A stretch of 64,000 bases of DNA from Candidatus Methylomirabilota bacterium (lineage in GTDB: Bacteria > Verrucomicrobiota > Verrucomicrobiia > Limisphaerales > UBA11358). Below the pieces are notes generated by a model. That model had not been told where the DNA came from. It saw only the letters and a program-made list of their open reading frames with translations, and ran no database searches. The translations under genes were made by a program, and so were the position numbers. The stretch lies in assembly GCA_035644195.1 (NCBI GenBank), contig DASQOZ010000015.1, positions 7,580 to 71,579 of the forward strand, written 5' to 3'. Positions 17,041-24,976 of the stretch are shown here, piece after piece. Position 1 is the first letter of the stretch; each line of letters opens with the position of its first letter.

Positions 17041-18243
17041 TCACATCGTCAACGCCGCGTCCCAATCTTTCCACACCGGTTCGTAACCGAGTTTGCGGAT
17101 CAATTCCGCCACTTCGCCCGGCGAACGGTCGTCGGCGATCTCAAACTGGCCGGTCGCGTTCGTCGCGTGACCGTTCGTCGCCGCCCATTCGCTCGCGCCG
17201 GACGCGAGTTCCACGATCCGTCCGCGCTCGGTTTGATGAATTTTTTCTTTGCCTGCGCCGGTGTAACCGCCCGGTTCAGTATGGCTGCCCGCGCTGATGA
17301 GCGTGATGCCGAGCGGAATCAGGCCGTCGCGCAGCCGCGCCGGTTCGCGCGTCGAGAGCACGAGTCCGGCGTCGGGAAACATCAGCCGGAACGCGCACAC
17401 GAGCTGCACCAGTTCGCGGTCGGCCAGGTGCGTGAGCGGCTGGAATTCACCCGCGCACGGACGCAGGCGCGGCAGCGAGATCGTCACCTGCGCCTTCCAG
17501 CAATGACGCAATAAAAAATCCGCGTGCGCCGCGACGCAAATCGCCTCGTAACGCCAGTCCGCCAGACCGAACAATGCGCCGATGCCGAGCCGGCGAAATC
17601 CGGCGGCGTAGGCACGCTCGGCGGTTTCGAGACGCCAGTCGAAATTTTTCTTCGGCCCGGCGGTGTGCATTTCGTCGTAAATTTTCCGGTCGTAAGTTTC
17701 CTGATAAACGACGAGTCCGTCCGCGCCCGCCGCGACGAGCGGACGATAATCCTCCGTTTCCATCGGCCCGACTTCGAGCGACACGCTGGGAATTTCTTCG
17801 TGCATCGCGGCGACGCAATCGCGCAGATAATTGTTCGAGACAAATTTCGGATGTTCGCCCGCGACGAGCAAAATGTTGCGGAAACCATGCCGCTTCAATT
17901 CGCGCGCCTCGCGCAAAACTTCCTCGATGGAAAGCGTCACGCGCAGAATCGCGTTGTCGCGCGAGAAGCCGCAGTAGGAACAATTGTTGATGCACTCGTT
18001 GGAAACGTAAAGCGGCGCGAACAGCCGGATGACCTTGCCGAAGCGTTGCTGGGTCAATTGCTGCGAGCGAACGGAAATTTGCTCCAGCGATTCCGAAGCT
18101 GCTGGAGAAATCAGATTTGCAAAATCGTTCAGCGACAATTTTGCCTTCGCCAGACTTTCGCGGACGGAATTGGCATTCGCGTCCAGCGAACGTTTCACGA
18201 GCGACGGCAACGGCAATGAATTAAATTCAGCGACAAAACTCAC
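17041..18243 (-). CDS. thiH: 2-iminoacetate synthase (radical SAM)
   Basis: It has the radical-SAM motif 'CINNCSYCGF', the ThiH/BioB-like length, and a GTG start. Confidence 0.85.
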   Translation of the reverse strand: MSFVAEFNSLPLPSLVKRSLDANANSVRESLAKAKLSLNDFANLISPAASESLEQISVRSQQLTQQRFGKVIRLFAPLYVSNECINNCSYCGFSRDNAILRVTLSIEEVLREARELKRHGFRNILLVAGEHPKFVSNNYLRDCVAAMHEEIPSVSLEVGPMETEDYRPLVAAGADGLVVYQETYDRKIYDEMHTAGPKKNFDWRLETAERAYAAGFRRLGIGALFGLADWRYEAICVAAHADFLLRHCWKAQVTISLPRLRPCAGEFQPLTHLADRELVQLVCAFRLMFPDAGLVLSTREPARLRDGLIPLGITLISAGSHTEPGGYTGAGKEKIHQTERGRIVELASGASEWAATNGHATNATGQFEIADDRSPGEVAELIRKLGYEPVWKDWDAALTM

Positions 18244-18282
18244 AAAAACAGCCTAACAAATTTTGGCGTGAAGTCGAGAATG

Positions 18283-18491
18283 TCAATGATGCGGCGGCTT
18301 GGGATTGTTATCCTTGATGCGTTCCATTTCAATCGTTTCCATCGCGGACGACTGGCGCTGGACTTCCTTCTTCAAGCGTTCAAGCAATTTGTCCTGCCCG
18401 GTCACCACGTCGCTCAACTGCTCGACCTGATGTTCGAGATGGGCGACATGGCTTCGAGTTTTTCCATCCGCTGTGACATTTCATCTGGCAT
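18283..18491 (-). pseudogene. slyX: slyX-like coiled-coil gene with an apparent 1-nt frameshift
   Basis: One frame reads 'MPDEMSQRMEKLEA' and the -1 frame continues 'HVAHLEHQVEQLSDVVTGQDKLLERLKKEV...NPKPPHH*'. The second frame has no start codon. The join is near 18448-18452. E. coli SlyX ends in 'PPPHY'. Confidence 0.45.
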
Positions 18492-18588
18492 GGGAAAGAT
18501 TTTGCCCGCACACCGGCGGGAAGTCGAGGCGAGCTTGGCGTTGCGTTGCGCTTGAAATTTGGAAACACTGGAGCGAGAAAAGATTTTC

Positions 18589-19872
18589 ATGCCACGCAAA
18601 ACGCCAATTCAAAAAAGTTCGCAGCCGAACGTGATGGTTCTAGGCGTCGGCTCGTTCGCGCACAGCATCGGGCAAACGCTCGCGGATACGGGCGCAAATG
18701 TCTCGACTTATCTCACGCGCAATTACGGCCACTTTTCGCCAACGCTCGTCGGGAAAACTTTTTCACGCGATTCATTTTCAAGTCCGGTTCCATTAATTCC
18801 TGAAAACAAGATTGATGTCGTCATTCCGCAGTCCATTGACTGGGCATTGCAGCCGTGGGCTAAAGATTTGCTGAAATCTGGCGTCGGAATTTTTTCTCCA
18901 ACCGGCGAAGCAATGAAAATCGAACGCGAACGCGACTTTGCGCGAGAGCTATGCGCCAAATTCAAAATTCCATTTCCGAAATCGTTTGTCGCACAAAATC
19001 GAATCGAAGCCGAAAAAATTCTCGCCAAAAACCCGCAGCCGTTCGTCATCAAAAATCCGCTCTGCTCGCCGACCAGCCCGATCCACACGATTTTGTGCGA
19101 GACAGTCGCCGACACGCGCGCGTGGTTGCGGCACGTCAATTACGCCGAAGGCGTTTTTCTTCAGGAATATCTTGGGCGCGCCGAAGCCGGGCACATCGCG
19201 CTCGTCAGCGGCGGCGAAATCTATTCGCTCGTCACGAATCAGGAATACAAATACGCGTTCAACGGCAATCAAGGCATCGTTGCCGGCGCGCCACTCGGCG
19301 GAATCGTCGAGCGCGACGAGAATGATAAATATGGTCTGGCGCGTGAATTGATTCATCCGTTGAAGCCGTGGCTGCGTGAATCAAAATTCAACGGGCCGTT
19401 GCAAGTCACCGCCATTAAGCGCGGCGGCAAATGGCACGTCATCGAATACAACATCCGCATCGGAGTCACGTCCGGCCCGATGATTTTGCGGATGCTGAAA
19501 AATCCAGCGGAAATCGTTTTACAAACGGCGCGGAATGAAAAATTAAAACTGGAGTTCAATGACAAATTGAATTTCGGCTGTTCGCTCACGTTGGCCGGTT
19601 ACGGTTATCCGTTCACGCAGGTGCGCGGACCGCAATTGCCGTTGGAAGTGGACGGCGACTTTGACTGCGACGTGTGGTGGAACGAAGTCGCGCGCGGCAC
19701 AGATGGAAAATTATTTTCCACGGGCCATCGCATCGCAGACGTAATTGCGCTCGCGCCAAAACTGGACGCAGCGATTGCGAAAGCTTACGCGAACATCCGC
19801 AGAATCCATGTCGTTGGCAGTTATTTCCGCACGGATGTCGGTCAAAGTTTGTGGCCGCCGGGAACGGTTTGA
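18589..19872 (+). CDS. divergent PurD-like ATP-grasp ligase
   Basis: Its ~427-aa length and layout resemble glycinamide ribonucleotide synthetase ('NQEYKYAFNGNQGIVAGAPLGG' vs 'QDHKR..DGD.GPNTGGMG'). It lacks the canonical N-terminal 'GGREHA'. Confidence 0.6.
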   Translation: MPRKTPIQKSSQPNVMVLGVGSFAHSIGQTLADTGANVSTYLTRNYGHFSPTLVGKTFSRDSFSSPVPLIPENKIDVVIPQSIDWALQPWAKDLLKSGVGIFSPTGEAMKIERERDFARELCAKFKIPFPKSFVAQNRIEAEKILAKNPQPFVIKNPLCSPTSPIHTILCETVADTRAWLRHVNYAEGVFLQEYLGRAEAGHIALVSGGEIYSLVTNQEYKYAFNGNQGIVAGAPLGGIVERDENDKYGLARELIHPLKPWLRESKFNGPLQVTAIKRGGKWHVIEYNIRIGVTSGPMILRMLKNPAEIVLQTARNEKLKLEFNDKLNFGCSLTLAGYGYPFTQVRGPQLPLEVDGDFDCDVWWNEVARGTDGKLFSTGHRIADVIALAPKLDAAIAKAYANIRRIHVVGSYFRTDVGQSLWPPGTV

Positions 19873-19917
19873 AATTCGAAATCTTGACGAATGCTTAAAA
19901 TCTGATAATCTGATTTT

Positions 19918-20190
19918 ATGAAAGATACGGCAATTTCAGTCACCGAAGCCTCGCGAAATTTCGCGCATTGCGTCAACCGCGTTCATTATCAAAACCGGAG
20001 TTTTGTTTTGGTCAAAAATGGCAAGCCTTTGGCCAGACTCATTCCTGAAATCGAAAAAAAATGCACCGGCAGGGAATTGGCCGCTGCACTTTCCAAAGTT
20101 GAATTAACTGCCGGCGAGTTTGCTGCATGGAACAGGGATTTGCGCAAAGCGAGAAAGACGTTGAAGCCTCCGGAGGACAAATGGCAATAA
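19918..20190 (+). CDS. Phd/YefM-type antitoxin
   Basis: It is 90 aa with 'ISVTEASRNFAHCVNRV......VLVKNGKPLARLIP' and overlaps the downstream PIN gene by 10 nt. Confidence 0.8.
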   Translation: MKDTAISVTEASRNFAHCVNRVHYQNRSFVLVKNGKPLARLIPEIEKKCTGRELAAALSKVELTAGEFAAWNRDLRKARKTLKPPEDKWQ

Positions 20191-20579
20191 TCCTCGACGC
20201 CGATGTCATCATCCACGGCGAAAAAGGTTTGTTTGATTTGAAACGCTGGCTGGCCTCAACGGATGAACAATTTGAAATCGCAGCAATTACCGTTGCCGAA
20301 TTGTGGCATGGCGTCGAGCGTGCCAGCGGCGCGCACAGACATCGCCGGGAACAATATATTCAAACGACCATCGAATCGCTTCCCATCGTGGCTTACTCGG
20401 AAGAAACGGCTTACGAGCACGCGCGCATTTGGGCGGAGCTTTCCGCGCGCGGAAAAATGATCGGCCTTTATGACTTAATCGTCGCGGCGACTGCGCTTGA
20501 ACGCGGCAGCAAAGTGGCGACGTTCAACAAAAAACATTTTTCGGCGGTTGCCGGATTAAAAGTCATCGAGCCAAAATAG
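20181..20579 (+). CDS. vapC: PIN-domain toxin VapC
   Basis: It has 'MAIILDADVIIHGEKG' plus acidic PIN residues. The start is at ATG 20181. Confidence 0.85.
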   Translation: MAIILDADVIIHGEKGLFDLKRWLASTDEQFEIAAITVAELWHGVERASGAHRHRREQYIQTTIESLPIVAYSEETAYEHARIWAELSARGKMIGLYDLIVAATALERGSKVATFNKKHFSAVAGLKVIEPK

Positions 20580-20582
20580 TTC

Positions 20583-21740
20583 ATGAATTTGAATCCCGAA
20601 AATTTTCCGGTGCGGCCGGCATGGACTGAAATTGATTTGGGGAAGCTGCGCCGCAACCTGCAACTCATTCGCGGCGATTTGCCGAAGCACGTGCGCCTGA
20701 TGGCCGTCGTGAAGGACGAGGCCTACGGCCACGGCGCTCTCGACGTGGCGCGCGTCGCGGTCGAGGAAGGCGCGTGGGGTTTTGGTTTGAGCACGCTCGA
20801 AGAGGCGATGACGTTGCGCGATGCGGGCATCACCGCGCCGTTGCTGCTGCTCGGCGAACGGCGCGAAACCGAACTCGAATGGTGCGTCGCGCACAATCTC
20901 ACCGTTTGCGTGAACGAACCGCACAACGTCCGTGCGCTTGCGAAAATCGCGGCGAACTTCGGCAAACAGATTCCCGTTCACGTCAAAATTCACACGGGCA
21001 TGAGCCGTTACGGAATTCGCTGGGATGAAGCGTTGCCGCTTATCGAGCAGGTCGTCTCCGAAAAATCCTTATCGCTCGAAGGCGTGATGACGCATTTCTC
21101 GCAATCGGATGAAATTGACAAGACGTTTGCGAATCTCCAATTCTCGCGCTTCAACGAAGTGCTGCGCGCAATGGAGCAGCGCAAAATTTCTGTGAAACTG
21201 CGTCACACCTGCAACAGCGGCGGCTTCCTTGATTTGCCGCACGCGCATCTGGAGATGGTTCGCGTTGGCATTTTGCTTTACGGCGTTTTTCCGTCGCAGG
21301 TTTGCCGGCAAATTCCCGGCATCGAGCCGGTGATGTCCGTGAAAGCTCGAATCGCGGCGATTCAAAAATTGAAACCCGGCGAAGTCGTTGGCTACGGAAT
21401 GCGTTACACGGCGGCGAGCGAACGGCGCATCGCGATTCTGCCCATCGGTTACGGCGACGGTTTTCCGCGCGTGCGCAACGAAGGCTGCGCGCTCATCCAC
21501 GGCCAGCGCGCGCCGCTGCTCGGCGGCATCGCGATGGACGCGCTGATGGTGGATATTACGGACATTCCGCAGGCGCAGATGTGGGACGAAGCCGTCATCA
21601 TGGGCCGGCAGGGCCACGAAGAAATCACCGTGCGCGACATTGCGAAGCTGAAAAATTCCGTGACCTACGACGTGCTGACAAGCTGGCGGCTGCGGCTGCG
21701 GAGAAAATCGGTGAATTCCAAAACCGCCGAAAGAATTTGA
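20583..21740 (+). CDS. alr: alanine racemase
   Basis: It has the PLP-lysine context 'AVVKDEAYGHG' and a C-terminal 'YGDGFPR'. Confidence 0.95.
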   Translation: MNLNPENFPVRPAWTEIDLGKLRRNLQLIRGDLPKHVRLMAVVKDEAYGHGALDVARVAVEEGAWGFGLSTLEEAMTLRDAGITAPLLLLGERRETELEWCVAHNLTVCVNEPHNVRALAKIAANFGKQIPVHVKIHTGMSRYGIRWDEALPLIEQVVSEKSLSLEGVMTHFSQSDEIDKTFANLQFSRFNEVLRAMEQRKISVKLRHTCNSGGFLDLPHAHLEMVRVGILLYGVFPSQVCRQIPGIEPVMSVKARIAAIQKLKPGEVVGYGMRYTAASERRIAILPIGYGDGFPRVRNEGCALIHGQRAPLLGGIAMDALMVDITDIPQAQMWDEAVIMGRQGHEEITVRDIAKLKNSVTYDVLTSWRLRLRRKSVNSKTAERI

Positions 21741-21876
21741 AGAGCCGCAGTTGGTTTGAATAAACTAGGATATGAACATGATTGAATTGAAAGAGCCGCC
21801 GAAAAATATGATTAGTTACGTCAAATGAGCGCGGGCCTTGCGCGAGAGCAGTCCGCTCTTGATTGCCTTAATATTT

Positions 21877-21915
21877 ACAAAGGCACGAAGATTAAACTTT
21901 TTCTTCGTGCCTTTG
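21877..21915. repeat. 13-14 bp perfect hairpin CAAAGGCACGAAG / CTTCGTGCCTTTG
   Basis: The arms are 21877-21889 and 21903-21915 with a 13-nt loop. The 3' arm overlaps the leader repeat 21907..21930. Confidence 0.6.
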
Positions 21916-21930
21916 TGCCTTCGTGGTTAA
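21907..21930 (+). repeat. octamer-periodic leader repeat GTGCCTTT-GTGCCTTC-GTGGTTAA
   Basis: It ends 10 nt before the ATG at 21941. Confidence 0.55.
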
Positions 21931-21940
21931 ATTGAGCGCG

Positions 21941-22744
21941 ATGAAACTGCTCTTCTCCGAACAAAATTCCGATTACGAGCATTACCAATTCCCTTACGCG
22001 ATTTGGGCGATGCCGGAGGACGGCGAATCGCCGGTGGATATTTTCAACGCCGGATTTTTACCGTCGTCGCGTAATCTGGATCGATTTTATTTGTGCCGGC
22101 AGGTGCGCGTGAATTTGCAGAAGTTCAAGCCGTCGTCGGAAAACCGCCGGATCATCCGCAAAGGCAAAGGCATCGGCATCGAATTGGTTGCGCGCGAAGA
22201 TTTCGATTACACGCCGGAGAAACGGCAATTTTTCAAAACTTACGCCGACATCAAATTCGGCAACGACGCCATGACGTTCGAGCGACTCGACGCGCTGTTC
22301 GCTTCGCCGATCATTTCGCATCTGCTCGTGTTCATAGATTTGGAGACGAACAAGGAAGTCGGCGTCGCCACGCTGTATCTCGAAGGCAAATCGCTCGCGT
22401 TTTATTACTACGCGTTTTACGACCTGAATTATTACGCGCGCAATCTCGGCATGTTCATGATGACGTCGGCGGTGGAGTTGTTCTCCGACAGCGGCGTGAA
22501 ACATCTTTACCTCGGGACATGCTATTCGCAGACGGCGCTTTACAAAACGCAATTCGCGGGTGCGGAATTTTTCAACGGCTTCCGCTGGTCGGACGACATG
22601 GACGAATTGAAATTCATCATCAAGCGCGACAAAAAGGAACTCACGCAGCACTTGCTCGAAACGGACGAATTTCGTGAAAAGTTTTACGGCGGCAGCTTGG
22701 ACAAAATGACCAACGCGAGCGGGTTTCGGGTGAAGGTGAAATAA
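21941..22744 (+). CDS. arginyl/leucyl-tRNA-protein transferase (ATE/Bpt)-like protein
   Basis: 'GFLPSSRNLDRFYLCRQVRVNLQKFKPSSENRR' and 'HLYLGTCY...YKTQFAGAEFF' resemble Bpt motifs. The N-terminal Cys cluster is absent. Confidence 0.5.
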   Translation: MKLLFSEQNSDYEHYQFPYAIWAMPEDGESPVDIFNAGFLPSSRNLDRFYLCRQVRVNLQKFKPSSENRRIIRKGKGIGIELVAREDFDYTPEKRQFFKTYADIKFGNDAMTFERLDALFASPIISHLLVFIDLETNKEVGVATLYLEGKSLAFYYYAFYDLNYYARNLGMFMMTSAVELFSDSGVKHLYLGTCYSQTALYKTQFAGAEFFNGFRWSDDMDELKFIIKRDKKELTQHLLETDEFREKFYGGSLDKMTNASGFRVKVK

Positions 22745-22747
22745 AAA

Positions 22748-23857
22748 TTACTTCAAATTCTGCGGGTTCAATCCCTTCAAATCTTTCGGCAAAAAGATTC
22801 CGTCTTTGCGGATCAATTCGCCATCGAACCACACTTCGCCGCCGCCCCATTCCTTGCGCTGGATCAAAACCATGTCCCAATGAATCGCGCTCTTGTTGCC
22901 GTTGCCGCAATCTTCGTATGCCTGCCCCGGCGTGAAGTGCAGCGAGCCGGCGATTTTTTCATCGAATAAAATGTCGCACATCGGGCTTAAAATGTAGGGA
23001 TTGAAGCCGAGCGAAAATTCGCCGACGTATCGCGCGCCGGCGTCCGTGTCCAAAATTTCATTCAACCGCTTTGTGTTGTTCGCCGTCGCCTTGACGATTT
23101 TTCCGTCAACCAATTCAAGCCGGACATTTTCAAATTTCGTTCCGGCGTAAAGCGTCGGCGTGTTGAATTGAATCGTGCCGTTCACGGAAAATTTTGTCGG
23201 ACACGAAAAAACTTCGCCGTCGGGAATGTTCCGGTCGCCTTTGCACATTTTCGCGCCGATGCCTTTGATGCTGAACGTCAAATCCGTGCCCGGCGATTTC
23301 AGATGCACTTTGTCCGCGCGCTTCATCCGCTTTTCTAGCGGAACCATTGCGCGCGCCATCCGCGCGTAATCCATCGTGCAAACGCCGAAATACAAATCTT
23401 CAAACGCCTCGGTGCTCATGCCTGCGGCCTGCGCCATGCTCGGCGTGGGCCAGCGCAACACACACCAGCGCGTTTTGTTGACGCGATAATCCTGCACGGG
23501 CCGGATGATTTTTGAATACAACTGCATCCGGTCACTCGGCACGTCGGCATTTTCGCTCGCGTTGGCGATGCCGCGAATGGCGATGTAAGCCTGCACGCGT
23601 TTCATGCGAAACATTTCGATGTCGCGAATGAGCGCCGCATGATTTTCATTTGTGCCGAGCAACATTTCCCGCGAGACGCGCGTATGGCGCATTTCCACCA
23701 GCGGCGTGCCGCCGGCCTCGCGCACGGCGCGGATGAGTTCCACGGAAAATTCATCCGGCACGTCAATCATGTCGAGCAACGCGCGGTCGCCCTTTTTGAT
23801 TTGGGTGGAATAATTCACGAGCAGTTTGGCCAACTTTTTGTAACGCGGATCGGTCAT
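22748..23857 (-). CDS. M29-family aminopeptidase (AmpS/PepS-like)
   Basis: It has 'YKKLAKLLVNYS..IKKGD' and a C-terminal 'HFTPGQAYE...HWDMV'. Confidence 0.8.
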   Translation of the reverse strand: MTDPRYKKLAKLLVNYSTQIKKGDRALLDMIDVPDEFSVELIRAVREAGGTPLVEMRHTRVSREMLLGTNENHAALIRDIEMFRMKRVQAYIAIRGIANASENADVPSDRMQLYSKIIRPVQDYRVNKTRWCVLRWPTPSMAQAAGMSTEAFEDLYFGVCTMDYARMARAMVPLEKRMKRADKVHLKSPGTDLTFSIKGIGAKMCKGDRNIPDGEVFSCPTKFSVNGTIQFNTPTLYAGTKFENVRLELVDGKIVKATANNTKRLNEILDTDAGARYVGEFSLGFNPYILSPMCDILFDEKIAGSLHFTPGQAYEDCGNGNKSAIHWDMVLIQRKEWGGGEVWFDGELIRKDGIFLPKDLKGLNPQNLK

Positions 23858-23934
23858 AAATGTTCGGACAAGTTAAATGAATTTCTGGAATTTGCCACAG
23901 AGGAAATTGGAGAAAGCATTTTCCGCAAATTAAA

Positions 23935-24180
23935 TTAGTCGTGAGGCGCGTGCTCGTGGCAAATTACCAATAACGCGGTTAATCCTTTTGGGCCAAGATT
24001 CAATTCGTCTCCAATTAAATTTACCCATCGTGCTCTTTCCAATCCTTTTTGCGTCCACTTAATTCCATACGAATTGTTGGCGTCATCAAAGAAAAATTCT
24101 TTTAGCCATCCCGCTTCAAGTAATTTTTGGCAAATAGCTTCGATATTAGCTCTCAATTCGGGTTCGTTTGGTAAAGACAT
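23935..24180 (-). CDS. hypothetical small protein
   Basis: This is an 81-aa ORF that looks AT-rich by eye, co-directional with 24201..24746 across a 20-nt gap. Confidence 0.45.
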   Translation of the reverse strand: MSLPNEPELRANIEAICQKLLEAGWLKEFFFDDANNSYGIKWTQKGLERARWVNLIGDELNLGPKGLTALLVICHEHAPHD

Positions 24181-24200
24181 AAATTATTTTTAATTACACA

Positions 24201-24746
24201 TCATGGCACTCTCAAAGTTATCGGGTCATATCCAGCGCAAACTATTTTAATGTTGTCACCTGATGAAAATGCCCAGCCTTGTATGTGTCCAATTTCTTTC
24301 GCTACCGCTTGAAATCTACCGCCATCTACCACAAATCGAAACTCATTGCCTTTCTGCCCACTGGCGTCGGCAACTGTAATATTCACGCCCAAAGGTTTTT
24401 CAGTTTTGTTCTGCAGAGTAAGAACATGGCCGCTGCCAAAAATTGCTTTTCGAAATCCAACACTGATTGCCATCTCTCTCGCTTTAATTGCGAGCGGCTC
24501 CATTTGCAATACACGAACTTTGGTCTGCTCCAATTCATTTTTGATTTGTTGAAGTTCGCGCCTTGCAAAGTCGCGCTCATCTGTGACCAACCGAAGTTGA
24601 GATGCCAGTTCATCTTTTTCTTTCTGAAATGCCTGCTTCTCTGAAAGGTGCTGTTGTTCCATCAGCACAATTCGGTCTCTCAAAATATTCGAGGAACCAT
24701 GCTCGTTGATAAGTTTTTCAAGATATGAAAAAGGCCACATAGCCAT
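24201..24746 (-). CDS. hypothetical coiled-coil protein
   Basis: It is 181 aa with an N-terminal coiled coil and a C-terminal beta-rich domain. It looks AT-rich by eye. Confidence 0.5.
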   Translation of the reverse strand: MAMWPFSYLEKLINEHGSSNILRDRIVLMEQQHLSEKQAFQKEKDELASQLRLVTDERDFARRELQQIKNELEQTKVRVLQMEPLAIKAREMAISVGFRKAIFGSGHVLTLQNKTEKPLGVNITVADASGQKGNEFRFVVDGGRFQAVAKEIGHIQGWAFSSGDNIKIVCAGYDPITLRVP

Positions 24747-24901
24747 GATCTGATTTTCCCGACGCTATTCCTGCCGTTTGCATTTGTCCACAAGATTCAC
24801 ATCGGCTTCCAATCAGCGAGTTTTTTCCAATTGCCGCCGTTGCGGTAGGCCAGCTACAAGCGTCACTTCGGCATCGGCGGATTTGTCCACCAATTAAATT
24901 T

Positions 24902-24931
24902 GGTAGGGCGGTGCTGCTGCGCCGCCCTACC
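24902..24931. repeat. GC-rich perfect hairpin GGTAGGGCGG / CCGCCCTACC (REP-like)
   Basis: The 10-bp perfect arms extend to about 13 bp around a UGCU loop. It lies 45 nt upstream of the ATG at 24977. Confidence 0.55.
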
Positions 24932-24976
24932 GGTTGCGGCTTGTTTCGGTGCGGAATTGTGATAAAAAGATGGCGC

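Noticed and set aside
18268-18555. 95-aa plus-strand ORF between thiH and the PurD-like gene
   Set aside because: It is the antisense shadow of the slyX-like coiled-coil sequence. It has odd composition and no motif.
18244-18560. TPP riboswitch upstream of thiH
   Set aside because: Neither a CUGAGA box nor an ACCUGAUCUGGAUAAUGCCAGCG-like pyrimidine-sensor helix was found on the minus strand. The space is occupied by the slyX-like sequence.
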